DNA of 41,616 bases. Source: Dirinaria sp. TL-2023a (taxonomy: Eukaryota). A model generated the notes under the pieces. The model ran no database searches and was not told the origin of the DNA. It worked only from the letters and a program-made list of their open reading frames with translations. Made by a program: the position numbers and the translations under genes. Shown piece after piece: positions 26,839-39,434 of the stretch (positions within the stretch are counted from its first letter, which is position 1; the number at the start of each line of letters is the position of its first letter). Where the stretch lies: contig JAVEBF010000040.1 of assembly GCA_051941275.1 (NCBI GenBank), forward strand, positions 1 to 41,616, given 5' to 3'.

Positions 26839-28492
26839 AGCCGAGGCACAAATTACGGGATATCACCTCGTAATGGGGTTAGGGAAGGGCGAAAGGCCCA
26901 CGATGCGCGGAATCTGTGTGTGAGACTGGCAGGTATGTTGAGTGTGAGGGCCGTCAGACTGGTGGCTCTGTCGGCTCGATCGGGTAACACGACAATCTAT
27001 GCGAGGCCAGTGTCGCTCGAGTGAAGGACGACAACAGCATGCTCATGCTATCATCAGGATGTGGTGTGGGAGGGAAGCGGATGGTCGGAGGGAGTCGTGT
27101 GAATAATGTCGGTGACAGGAGAGGTGGAAGATTGGGTGACAGATGGGGATGCGGTGAAGGTAGTAGTGGAGGAGAAGTGACAGTAGTAGTGATGGGATGG
27201 GATTGATTGGTGGTGTAGGTTTAGGTTTGCAGCTTTACAGCGACAGTTGATTCGTCTGGTCTTTGCAAGAGGGTTCGGAGTCGGAATCGGAGTCGGAGGG
27301 GAATCACGGGACTGGGATTTCATGCCAAGGTCAAGCCAAGCCATCAACGGGATGACAGGGATCGACTGGGCGAGGGTGGGAAGGAAGTGGGATCGATTGG
27401 CAATCCTCGCAAATTCGGTCATAGCGCCTCGACGAGAGAAACCCACCATTATTATGAGTATGATTATTATTACCTTACTTAATAAGGTATTATTATTATT
27501 TACAAAGCACCGCATGCAATATTATTTCTACCAGAGTCATAGGCTTGGTGGGCCAAATTATTATTATCATTGCTATTCCCGTGATAGGAAAATTCGTGGT
27601 ACACGCTAGCTGCCCCGGCCGAGATACGTGTTTGTGTTTGTGAAGCGATATCCGAATAATCATCAAACAAGAAGGTGTGGATCTAGATACTTTACCTTGG
27701 TTCAAGACGGTTAGAGAGCGAGTCAAAAGGTCATAATATAAAGTGTACATGTTGGAATTGTCAACATGTCGCAATAGCCAACTTCGGCCGCACATCAACT
27801 CTACCGACTACGCTCAAGCTCTCCCGCACTTGCGGAAGCCATGGGATGACTGCATTGCCTGTCATCGAATCAGACGCTCTCACGACTGCAATTAGCCTGC
27901 CGGATGGCAACAGGCTGCCCCCGAAGCGGCATTGCTACCAAGTAGCTGGGATGATGGCTTCACTTTTAAGCAACTCTAGTCGTGTTCCTCATATCGCTAC
28001 CATTTCCCCCTTCGGCTCGCTGCACAAGGACTGGTTGCTCGGTACCTACCTACGAATTGGGCTAATGATAATAAGGTAAACCACATATAGAGAGTCTGAG
28101 GTAGAGGAAGCGAAAACAGTCAATGTGCTACTACGTGTGCTCGCAACCATGATCAGGCGGCACCATCTACCTTTGTCGGTCAGGTATGATGCCATGCCAT
28201 GGACACCGGTCCTCTGGTCTCTTCACACGAAACTCATCCACCGATCCTCGGAATTGACAAGTCCCGTTCTCAACTTCAGGAAGGGCGTACATTGCCACGT
28301 CATGCATTACAGTGCAGTAGGAATGAGAAGCTAGAATTAATCATGTCGACGGAGACGGGCTTGGGGAAATGCCGAGATAGCGGAATCAAAACACATAAGA
28401 TTGCAAGCATCCTTCTGAAAGTATCTGACAGCTCGGAGAAGACTTCCAGTTCACCACCCGGTTGAATGTGCGATATTTCGGAAGATAAGATG

Positions 28493-28641
28493 GTGGGGCA
28501 AAAGTCATGCGTGCAGAAGGGGAAACAAGCAAACAATTCCAGGTCCCGCAACATCAGGCACAAACAATGCTAAGGCTTAAATGACTACTTTCTCGATCTC
28601 AAAATCCCCTCTACGGTAGGTATGCATGACTTTTGCCTCAT
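28493..28641. repeat. Inverted repeat / fold-back (14-bp perfect core, 22 bp with G.U pairs)
   Basis: GGCAAAAGTCATGC (28497-28510) is the exact reverse complement of GCATGACTTTTGCC (28624-28637). Confidence 0.8.
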
Positions 28642-28937
28642 AAGGTACTTAAAATTCTTAGCGAAGGTACCCAAGGTCGCGCGGGTAATGTAATCTAAGG
28701 TACCTTAAGGTAGGTACCTCAATGTAAGGTTCTCACACCTAGGTCTAAATTAGGTCTCACCATACGGCGGGCCAATGATACCGTATCAAGCTGGCTACAT
28801 TGCACACAACACGATCATGGCATTCACTCCACCTGTCATCTGCGCCTTCTTAGGTCCTGGACTAGCTTGTAGCATCTCCTATAAGAGCTATTCAACAGTT
28901 GCAAATTCAAGAATGTTCTGCAATTCCAGCCACCAAT

Positions 28938-31900
28938 ATGGCTGGCCTGCGTCGTCTCCCCCGTTATGGCGCACAACGTGTACTAGATATTGTCGATAAC
29001 CTGAAGGCGAAGAATTTATGGCAGCGGATCCTGAAGAATACGATAGCGACAACTGCAGCTGGTAAGTTTGAGAACATGCCGGTGTGCGGATCCTCATCAG
29101 TGGAAATAGTCACCATCTGTCTCATTCCGGGGTCCAAGGCCGCCATCGGGAGCGCAGCGTATCTTGCAGCCACGACAACCGTCTTCGGCCACCCGGGACG
29201 CCGATTCGGCCAGCTTGTTGAAGCGCTGATACTTGCCGTCCTAGGCACTCTACTAGGGCTTGCATGGTCATTGTTGGGTCTGTACCTGAGTTCTCTGACC
29301 ATTGCTGCCGATCCGCCTTCAGCCTATGCCATCAGAGGCGTCTTTCTCGCTGTTGCCCTACTCATCCACGGCTTCTTCCGCTCCTATGCTCCTCGTTTAT
29401 TCCTTGGTCTCGTGCTGCTGATCATTGTGTCCGTCGTGACTTTGCTTTCCACTGCAAAGCAGGTTACGCGTGTAAATGCCACGCAAATCCTGTATCCAAT
29501 CTTGATGGCTGCGGCCATCATCTTAGTTGTAAATCTCTCTGTTTTTCCCGAGTTCAGCTCCAGCTTTTTAGGACAAGTGACAATAGAGACCTTGGACGAT
29601 ACAGCGAGGGTTTTGGACGATGCTGGTCTCTATTTTTCTCATTATAGAGGAGCATCGGCTGCAAAAGACGGCCCCGAGCACTCTACATCCAAAAAGGACG
29701 ATGCGATGATGGAGAAGGGAAATCCCACTGTCTCGGACACCCATCTGAGTAAACATGCAGCAGAGGAACGAACCAATGCTGAGAGCACTAACGAGCGCAC
29801 TGCGAATCCACCAAGTAGCCGTGCATCTGGACTTGCTAAGACCATAGTTCAGAAGCTCGAGAATGTGGCGGGAAAGAACGATGCGGCAACCCCCGGTGCA
29901 GGAGTGTCGGAGGTCACACAAAATTTAACACTAAGCGCGCTGACCAGCATGAAAGGAAGTCTGCGGCAGAAGCTGACAGATTGTAAAGCTGCGCAGGACG
30001 AGTGCAACTTTGAAATTGCTTATTCGGTCTTGCCTCCGAGAGATTTGAAGGAGATCAGCACTCGCTCGATGACCAAACTTATTGCTAATACAGTCGCCAT
30101 CATTAGCACTTGCGAATCCAAATTCGCTCTTGTAGGTGACAGTGCGGATTCCGATACAGTGGAAGCTCCTGAAGCGGGGCAGAAAATAGATTCGACCGAG
30201 CAGGAGACAGATGATGTGGATCTCATGAAGGCCGAATTAGACTTGATCAAACCTCGAAGGGAGATTGAGTTTGGCGACGTCCGTCTCCTTCGTTTCTTGT
30301 TGAGACGTATTGAGAAGCCATACACTGAAATGAGTAGAGTTCTGCAGCAAAATGTGGCATTGGTCAACTCATGCATCGCTTATGCATATGTATGTCTCGT
30401 CTAGCACACTCTAACGTCATGGCTAAGTGCTCAAGGGTGTTCGAGTATTACCTTCAGGAGCCAAAGCGCCAAAGGAGATAGCGGTTGAGGAACTTGACGA
30501 TGCCTTGGGTAACCTGCAGGCAGCGCTACAGAAGTTTGAGGCAGATACAACTGCGGCGCTTGAGAATGCCGCCGTCCAACGCGGGCTAGAAGGTTTCGAA
30601 CCTGACATCATGCCTAGGGAAGAAATTTTTTTAATCGCATCTTTCCTCCTAAACTTCTCGCAGGCAACGTAAATATTTATCATTGTGACCTATGATCAAG
30701 GATGCTAATACCGCTAGGGTCCACATCCAAGATATGCTTAAGCACTCCCGAGAACTTGTTGATAAACGCCAACAGCGGCGCGGCCGACACCGCTTGTACG
30801 CACCAAGAATCAAGTGGGCGACTTGGTTATTTAGCGGCGGTGAACAAGATGAAGCAATGCCCCCTGGCGGTCGGCAACCTCACGGGCGAGCTGTAATTAA
30901 CGGAGCAGCCCTAGATGACGCGAACGCCGATGCTGAAGACAGTAAAGATCAAAAGCTGAGTGGTAATGCTGAAGTAGATTTGGAGAAGGCCACCGACAAG
31001 AGCGAAAAGCTTGGCCAAAAGCGCCTTCATCGGACTGTGGCTCCGACAGATGCTTCACAGAAATCCGGGAAACCTAAAGACGAATCCTGGACTCTACGGC
31101 TCCGAGGGATGCTCGCAGACACAGTGGAGTGGATACAAGACTCAGATGACCTACTGTATGCTTTGAAGTTGGCTATTGCCGTCGTTCTCGTCACATGGCC
31201 AGCATTTGTGGCTCGATGGAACACCTGGTATTCGCTGAATAGAGGACGTGAGTACGCCGCTTCGTGGGTCGAAAAGCTGTTGTGAGCGGAGTACCTAGAG
31301 CTAACATTTTCATAGTATGGGCGGCGCTGCAGCTCGTGTTTGTAACGGAGGTTTCCATAGGGACATCTGTTTGGACCTTTTTCGTACGTGGCATAGGCAC
31401 GACCCTAGGTTGCTTGTGGGGATGGGCAGCTTGGGAAGCTCGTGACGGTGAACCCGTAGTCTGCGCTGTGATGATCTGTATAGGTGTCATACCTTCCGCC
31501 TACGTCCAATTAGGAACACAGTATCCAAAGGCGGGCATGGTGAGTATCATCAGTATGAGCGTTGTTGCTCTTGCGACGGAGCTAGGTACTGTGCCGGGTA
31601 GGCGCTTCGATCACTTATTCTGTTGGTGCGCTGACCACCTGCAGGGACTAGCACCGAGAACTTCTTAAAGCGATACATAGCTTTCATGATCGGTGGTATT
31701 GTGGCTCTCATCGTGGAGATGGTCTTCTTGCCCGTCAAGGCACGAACACGGCTCGTCGAGTCAATAGCAGCCGCCTTACGCCGCATCAGTGAGATGGAAA
31801 ACGTCATCGCAACCGGGATCGAAGAAGGTGTGAACTTGAAAGGCTTTCCTGCTGATCGGTTGGCCCATTGGGAACATGCCAGTGGGAAAGCAAACGGAGC

Positions 31901-32883
31901 ACTAGGTGCCGCAGAGGTGTTCCGTGGGTCTTCGGCTACCTATCTCTCATGCTACGCTCCACGCTTACATACTCACAGTCTCTTTCTGTGGTAGCGAGCC
32001 TAGGATCAAAGGATCGTTCGAAGGCCACGCTTTGATTTATGCCGAGGTCAACTATACAACTTCAATAGGCTCTGCCCCCCCTGCTAAACCTTTGCTAGAT
32101 CCTGTTCGTCCTGCACCAAATAGTGGATCGAATGAACAATATGTTTCAGCTCAGAACTGTTTATGGTTCGGGTCCTTTAGAGGAGTTCAATGTGAGTTCC
32201 AACCTACTGTCAAGGTAAAACCAGCGCTCAGAGGATACAAGGCCCAGATATATCCCTATCGCCGCAACGTCGCTGGGTCTATCATCATAACGCTTTTTGC
32301 AATACATGGGGCATTGATTACAAAGACACCGTTACCGCAATTCTTACCCTCTGCAAGATTGGCACACCTGCGAATGGTCAATCGAGTAAGGGAAGTTGTG
32401 CTTCGCTCTGTCGACGAAAACCACGAAAACGAAGAAGTGAGTAAGCTAGCTCTTCAGCTCGCCTTACGTCGCAAATACATGTCTTGGAATGCGGCTTCTG
32501 CAGCTCAGGCAGAGATCATCGAATTCCTCGAAGAGTTGATCGAATTGACTAAGCTGCTTGTGGGCGCGAATGAATTCCGCAGCGGCCTGCTCACACGGCC
32601 CACACACCAACAATATACTAACGATACGCCCAAACAAGAATCGAGTAGTCCGCCAGCGGAGCCAGTCGAAGATGCTGCGATGAATCTTGAGGCGAGAGAC
32701 GAGTTGAGAAAGATGCCTTCTGGGGAGGCCGGGCTCAGGAACCGGAAGCACACCACTGCAGGAGGTCATGATGAGGATAGGGACGACGTACCTGCCAGCT
32801 TACGAAGGATCCAAACCCGGAAAATGGAGGCGGGAATCCAACGACAGAGAACGAATGACAGCTGGAATCAGATCCCTCGTTGA
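28938..32883 (+). CDS. Multi-pass membrane protein of the ArAE/FUSC-like (aromatic acid exporter / ALMT-related, YGL140C/BRE4-like) family
   Basis: Nine exons joined in frame: 28938-29061, 29110-30389, 30436-30668, 30718-31247, 31316-31597, 31645-31923, 31979-32046, 32099-32191, 32242-32883. Two hydrophobic TM blocks (LKNTIATT..FGHPGRRFGQLVEALIL; YALKLAIAV..RGLWAALQL..RGIGTTLGCLWG..PVKARTRL) and the motifs EPRIKGSF and PLPQFLPSARLAHLR. Confidence 0.85.
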
Positions 32884-33832
32884 ACATTGTATTATTACTC
32901 TGTAGGATCGATAGATTGATACAGGTCCGTAGAGAATTATCGTGTTTTATCATTTGATGCGTAGGAGGCAGAGGAAGTACAATTCGTATCTACCATCCAT
33001 CCCTTTGAAAAACCCCCTCCAATAATATTCAATCTCATCCCTGGTTTTTTATTCTTCAGCACCCACGAACATCTCAAGACCTTGCCACCCACCATATGAT
33101 CAAATGACTCCATGCACAGAATAGAATGGGCAAGGAATAATAAACATCCAGAAAGAACCCCTTGTGGTATCTTGATGGAGAAAAGTTATTTCCAAGCATA
33201 ATTCCTTCCGCCATCTTTTTTTTTTTTAAAAGAAAGATCGTGCACACGATCCACGGCATTTTAAGCCCACACTGTCCGTTTCTTCTTGTTGAAAAAGACA
33301 GAAAGAAAGGAAAAGGGGGAAAGGAATACGTATGTGTATGTATTCTATACCCCAGTTTCCATACGCAAGACGCGATAGCGGTAGGGTCTCTTTCTTTTTA
33401 TATGGCACAGGGTTTGTTGCTGTTTATATATCACCGGGGGTAAGGTGTAGAGCATGTATGTATGCCGAATATGAATACGAGTATGAAGGCGGGGATGATT
33501 TTTTTTTTTTCTTTCTTTTTTTGAAGAGAGGAGGAAGGAGAAAGGAGTATTATTGTGCAGCAAGGTAGTGCACGCAGGGTAATAATGGGTTTTGCAAATT
33601 TCATTACGATCCGTGTGACATGTGACAAAGCTATGCCTGGAAGTGAATTCCTTGATAGATAGGGTGGTCTCTCCGTTTCGTTCTAAGTCATATGCTGCTA
33701 TACGCCTAGATATGCAAGTTTTTTCCTCCCTCTATCGATGGAAGAATGTGGGGGGTTTCCCCCTTTCTTTACACTAAAACGCCTTACTCAACCTGCCCGC
33801 CCGACTTTATGTGATACCAATGCATTTTTTTT
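32884..33832. repeat. AT-rich low-complexity convergent intergenic spacer with poly(T)/poly(A) tracts
   Basis: T-runs at 33215-33226 and 33499-33522, purine runs at 33291-33325, (TATG)n and GARTAY repeats at 33453-33488. Confidence 0.6.
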
Positions 33833-36398
33833 CTATCCCTGAGAAAACGCCATCTGCGCCACCGCTCTCGAAATGACGCTCGCGAAACGTGCCTCGCGGT
33901 CGGGATCCTGTTTCGCGGTCTCGATGCCCAGAAGGATCCGTTTGATACCCACCCCTACACTCTCGCTCTTGGTCGTCTGGCGAATCTCTTCAATCGCCCT
34001 GGTGGGATCGGCGAAGACGCGGGACTGATCCATGATGGTCCAGAGCTCGTCAAAGCCGTGGACGTTGGGCACGGGGATATCGGCGTCGAAGGCCGTGAAC
34101 AGGTCCAACTGCTGCAGCACCGTGCGTTCGCTGGTGGTGGCGAGGACGAACAGCCGGCGGCCCTTGGGCGGTTCTTTGCCCAGGAACACCATGAGGGCTT
34201 GGAGGACGGAGTTGCTGAAGCGTGGGCCGATGGGGACCCAGTCTACGATTCGCTCGATGTTGTCGATCAGCACGACCGAGAGCGGGGATTTGTATGCGTC
34301 GTCGAAGATCCGCCGCATGTGCTCGATCTTCATGGCTTCGTTGAAGCCGACCATGTTGTCCGGACTGCAGAGCTTGATTAGGGGATAATCGCTGTCCAAG
34401 GCGATTTTGGCCGCGAGGGCGGTTTTCCCCGACCCGGGCGGCCCGTGGAGGATGGCGCTGAATAACGGGGTCGATTCGGGTTCTTTGACCTGTTGGACGA
34501 TCAGGGTGGCTTCGTCGAGGATGTTTTTGATGGATGTCGAGTAGTGGATGATGCCGCCGCGCATGAGCCGTTGCATTTCGTCGCCCGAAACCCCAAATGC
34601 CGGTTGCACGTCGTCGAAGGCGTGCTCGAAATCCTCCCATTTGACAGTGATCTCGTCTACGTCCTCAGACACCCCTGCCACTGTGCCGACTTTGACGTGA
34701 CGGCTCAAGGCGTAGGACGTTGCTGCGCGGACCAGGCCACTGATTTCGGCGCCGCTGAAATTCTTCGTTAGTCGTGCTAGCTCCCCAAGGTCGACGTCTG
34801 GATCGAGGTTGTTGTTCGCTCTCATTTTCGCCGTATGAATGCCGAATATCTGGACGCGGCCTTTTTCGTCAGGTAAGGAGATTTCAACATGCTGCTCCAA
34901 GCGGCCTGGTCGTAGCAATGCGTCATCAATCATATCCATTCGGTTTGTCATTCCAATGACAAGGATGTTATTCAACTGGTCAACGCCGTCCAATTTCGAG
35001 AGCAGCTGATTGACCACGCTGTCGCCTACGCCGGTCCCACCGCCTGCACCACTACCTCTCTGTTTGCACACGGCGTCTAATTCGTCGAAGATGATGATAT
35101 GCAGACCGCTTTCTTCGCCTTTCTCCCTGTACTCCTTTTCTGCGTCTGCGAAGAGTTTTCTGATGTTCTCTTCGGACTGCCCAACGTACTTGTTCAATAC
35201 TTCAGGACCATTGATAACTTTTGGCTCTCGAGCATTCAGCATTTTGCCTATCCGCCTCGCTATCAGGGTTTTGCCAGTCCCTGGCGGGCCGTATAATAGG
35301 ATTCCTTTGACATGCTGGATACCTAGCTTCTCGATCAAACCAGGAGGAAATATACGAGAAGCAAAGGCTCTTCTGAAGATTGAACTGAACTCCTTGTCAA
35401 GACCACCAATGCCCATGTCTTCAAATTTAAAGTTGGGGGCGAGAATCGCATTTGCGGCAGGCCTTCGGCTGGAAGCTTTCAAATTTATGTTGGACCTTGG
35501 GTCTTTGAAGAAGTTCATCGCGGTTCTGGGAGTTAGTATCCCTCGTGCCCGCGGATCGGTAGCACTTGGCTGGGGCGCAGCAGCGGACTTGTCCATCGAC
35601 AGATCTCCAAGTTGAACAGTTTTCATAACAAGCAGCAGAGGAATGCTTTTATAGTCCATGAGAAGTCTCTGTTCTGGCGCAAATATTTGATTTTCGAAAT
35701 TCTGTATACAGTCAACCGGTGCACTGTAAGAAGCCCAGATCCCCGACATACTCCAGTAAAGTGCCTGGCAAGATCATCCTGATCGAAAGGAGCTTCTGTG
35801 GTCTTCCTTCCTGCGAAGCCTATCTCTGCATCGATGGACGCTAAATATCTATGGCCCCCTTCTTGGAACTGATCATACTTCCTGACGCGAACTGTATCCA
35901 TAAGGCTTATTGAAGCCCAAGTTCTTTGAGGATCGGAAAGACTGATTTGGCCTTGTGGGAAGCCGTCAGCAGGGCGTGCGGAGAGAACGAAATGATCGTT
36001 AAGTATAAGGTAGATGTCCTGGCCATCGCGCGAGGGGGGAAAATCGAAAGGCGAGACTGCAACTCTGTCGATGGATTAAATTCGCCCAATTTCAAAGACT
36101 AATATGCTTACAGATTTCCAAAAATGTACTGTTGGCCTGGGGCTTTCGCAGGCCTAAGATGATATTCCTGCTCGCCTCCAAGTGGCCGCCCTCCAGCCCG
36201 TGAATACTCGGGCTTTTCAGAAGGCGCGCCGTCATAATATGGTCTATCGTTTCCGGAGTATTGAGCATTATGAAATGATGGCGCTCCATAACCACCTGAA
36301 TTATCGGGAGGTAATCTGTTATAGGGAGTGCCGCCTTGATTGGGTTGCGGTGGAGGTTGGCGGCCAACCGGCGGGCGAGGATTGCGAGAACCAAACAT
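33833..36398 (-). CDS. SEC18: Vesicle-fusing AAA+ ATPase Sec18/NSF, ~822 aa
   Basis: Exons 36398-36112, 36064-35752 and 35701-33833 with canonical introns. Motifs: MGIGGLDKEFSSIFRRAFASR, Walker A GPPGTGKT, Walker B IIIFDELD, DSVVNQLLSKLDGV, LLRPGR, D2 Walker A GPPGSGKT, PIGPRFSN. Confidence 0.97.
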
Positions 36399-36817
36399 AG
36401 TTTTCTCAAAATGCCAGTGCTATCGATCTTCACGTAAATGGGCGTACATATGAGAAAGTTGGAAAGTAGGAATCGATGAGTAGCTGTAGGAGAATCGCAT
36501 GAGAAACGTGTCTTGAAACCCACCAGGTACCTCCAGTTGTACCTCTAGTGTACTCATACCTGCAATTTGTAGCAGCCTGTAGGTAACCCCGCGCTTTACC
36601 GCTTTGGGATTTTGCGGAGTTCCATTCAAGGTTGCCTTCTGAGAGCTCCGTCAATGGGCCAACTGGGTGGATTTATTTCGGCAAAGGACTCAAAGTTTTG
36701 GACTTACAGTGGAGCTCGTGAGTCGTGAGAGCTTGCAGAAACATTTCAAGCCCAGAGCCTGTAGCCTCGCCTCTTACTGAAGCGCTGGTATTGAGCTCGT
36801 CTTTTCGCATTGCTACG

Positions 36818-37780
36818 ATGCCTCTGTAAGTTGAGTTTCCCGTCTGCCACTCGTCACCATCCCTGATCTGGCTCTTTAGGCACCTCCTAGGCAAGAAATC
36901 TTGGAACGTTTACAATGCGGACAACATCGAGCGGGTCAAGCGAGATGAAGCTGCGGCCGCTGCGCGCGAGGCAGCAGAGGAACAGCGGATGCAGGAAGTC
37001 GACGCTGAACGACGAATACAGATACTGCGCGGGATACGGGAAGACCAGCCTCTGAAAGATCAGGGAGCCGAGTCTACGAGCAAGAGTCTGGATGAGCCGA
37101 GCCACAGAAGGAAAAGGCGGCGGCTTGCGGGCGAAGATGATACAGATAGAGATCTGAGGATTGCGAGAGAGAACAATGAGGATGCTTCAAAGGCTAGAAA
37201 TGCACTTGTCAAGTCTGCCAGAAGCAACGATGCACCTTTGACGGACCATAAGGGCAACATCAATCTCTTTCCAATGGAGTCGTCAAGGCATAGAGCCCCA
37301 AAGAATGCAGAGGCAGAGGCTGAAGCAGCCAAAAAGAAGAAAGAATTCGAAGACCAGTATACTATGAGATTTTCAAATGCCGCTGGACTCAAACAATCAG
37401 TCGACCAGAAACCATGGTACTCGTCCGCAGCTACGGCCAGCAACGTCGAGGAAACAGTCTCCAAGGACGTATGGGGGAATGAGGATCCAAGAAGAAAAGA
37501 GCGTGAGCAGCTGAGATTGGCCTCGGATGATCCAATGGCTATCATCCAGAAAGGTGTCTCCGAACTAAGGAAGGTGGACGGGGAGAGGCAAAGATGGAAG
37601 GAAGAAAAAGACCGAGAGTTAAAAGATCTAGTTGCTTCAGAGAAACGCCAGAAGCTAAAGAGGCACAGAAGAAGGACCGAAGATGATGATCTCCATGGCT
37701 TCAATTTAGATGCTCCCCTCAAAAGTAGGGACGGAACACGGCCTCATCACCGCCGGCATCATCATCGTACCCGAGAATAA
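36818..37780 (+). CDS. Cir_N-domain protein (LENG1/CIR-like, putative splicing-associated factor), ~302 aa
   Basis: An 8-nt first coding exon 36818-36825 (ATG CCT CT), intron 36826-36879 (GTAAGT..CTGAT..TAG) and exon 36880-37780 give MPLHLLGKKSWNVYNADNIERVKRDEAAA, the Cir_N signature. Also GNINLF, EDQYTMRFSNAAG, PWY and DDPMA. The ORF track misses the true start. Confidence 0.87.
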
Positions 37781-38170
37781 AATGGACGAGTCCCTATTCA
37801 CAATTTGGCCATGTCTCCGGTCAGAGCTTGCCAGCTATGACTACGAGTTGGTAGAGTACGAGAGTAGTACTAAATATGTGGAGCAACAGAAGCTTTGCAT
37901 GAACTTTGCTCCACCAGAAAATGACCGGGGATCGATTCCGTGTGCTCATCCCGATGAGGGACAAGGCTACCTTACACTACGTATGCCGTCCTAAACGATT
38001 TCCAGCATCAAAAGCTACTAATGAGCTAATCATCAGTAAAGTGCTTATTGAAATCAAAAGCTCGGGAAAAGGTACAATCAGGCGTTGTATCTATGCAGTA
38101 AATCCGGTCAATAGCAATTCTGTGGCTATTGCTTTACATTTCCCTTCCTTCCATGTCATGGTTCAATTCG

Positions 38171-39029
38171 TCAGACCGACCCGTTCACGAATTCTCCAAT
38201 GGACTCTATCATCACTTCCGGTGCCTCAATGCAGTGCCAATGGCCCATCTTCTCTACAACCTTGAATTGTTTACTCTTGCTGCCAATCCTCCTCTGAATT
38301 TCCTCGCAGCCGGACAGCGGTGCGGACTTATCCTCATCGCCAGCAATGATTAATGTGGGGATCTTGACCTTGTCGTAGTCAGGAATCTTAGCACCTTGAA
38401 CAACAGCACACAAAGACTGATAACCCTTCGGGTCTTGCGACAATAAGAGTTGTCTTATGAAGGCACGCTGAAGTGATGAAGATTTGGATCCCGTGGCACC
38501 GGTAGGTATTGTCTCAGCCATTGCTTCCATTCCCTCTGGTTGTCTACATTAGCTGGGAAATAGAGCGTTTCATCTATAGTAACCTACCTTCTTTGATTTT
38601 CTGTATCCTGTCTTCGAAAACTTTAGCCACATCACCACTCGGCAGCACTGGACCTAGCATGACAGCTGCAATTATCCGATCACTCTTCGTAGCTGCTAAG
38701 TGAGCAGCGACGATACCGGCAAAGCTGTGGCCCACGAAAACGGCTTTCTGAATTTTAAGAGTATCCATGACAGCGGTAACGTCCTCAGCGACTGTCTCAA
38801 TCGATTGAGGCGCTGTAGACAAGCTCGACACCCCAGAGCTGATCGCATCGTAAGTAACGCATCGGAAATTGTACGGTGCTGCTGTCAGTGCTGGGACGAT
38901 GGATTGGTGGTAGTTGTGTGTGGAGCCGAGCCCATGGTGAAGGACGAGGGTGGCTTTGGAAGATGACGGCTCTGAGGCTGGAGAATCTTTGTAGAATACG
39001 CTTCCACTGGGTATCTCGAGAAAGGGCAT
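38171..39029 (-). CDS. Alpha/beta-fold hydrolase (3-oxoadipate enol-lactonase-like), ~268 aa
   Basis: Exons 39029-38588 and 38535-38171; intron 38587-38536 (GTAGGT..GCTAAT..CAG). Oxyanion motif HGLG, nucleophile elbow GHSFAG, acid in IAGDEDK, catalytic His in GHWHCIE. The substrate is an inference. Confidence 0.88.
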
Positions 39030-39147
39030 TATGAGGGATCATATAGAAGTTGCATCCATCACCTTACTTTCAATCTTCAAGACCCGAGAAGCCCTCAAGG
39101 CTTCATATTCTTTTATTAATCTTTCTATCCCTCAGATTGCCTCGGAT

Positions 39148-39165
39148 GTGGGGCTTATCGATAAG
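39148..39165. promoter_or_regulatory. CreA-type site abutting a palindromic double GATA site
   Basis: GTGGGG (39148-39153) is immediately followed by CTTATCGATAAG (39154-39165), ~120 bp upstream of the hydrolase ATG. Confidence 0.4.
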
Positions 39166-39434
39166 GAGCTCCGCTCAGTACTGAGGCTTGGCGTGTAATG
39201 AGGCTTAAGGTACGCATGGACTGGGATAATAGTGTAAGAGGCGCGATAGACGACTTCGCATTTTGACTTTTTCTATCATCTTTAGTCTATTTCCAGGTCG
39301 ATTGCGAATAAACTTCGAAAGACCTGTACATCAGCTCTTCCACAACCGGATCGGCTCCTCAAAGCATCGTTCTGTATTACTGGCCTCGAAGTGCAGTGCA
39401 AAGTGGTCAAGCCTGTCTGAACAAACCACCAGCT

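Noticed and set aside
28160..28563. Possible small - strand gene upstream of the RasGEF
   Set aside because: The open segments could not be joined with a phase-compatible GT-AG intron.
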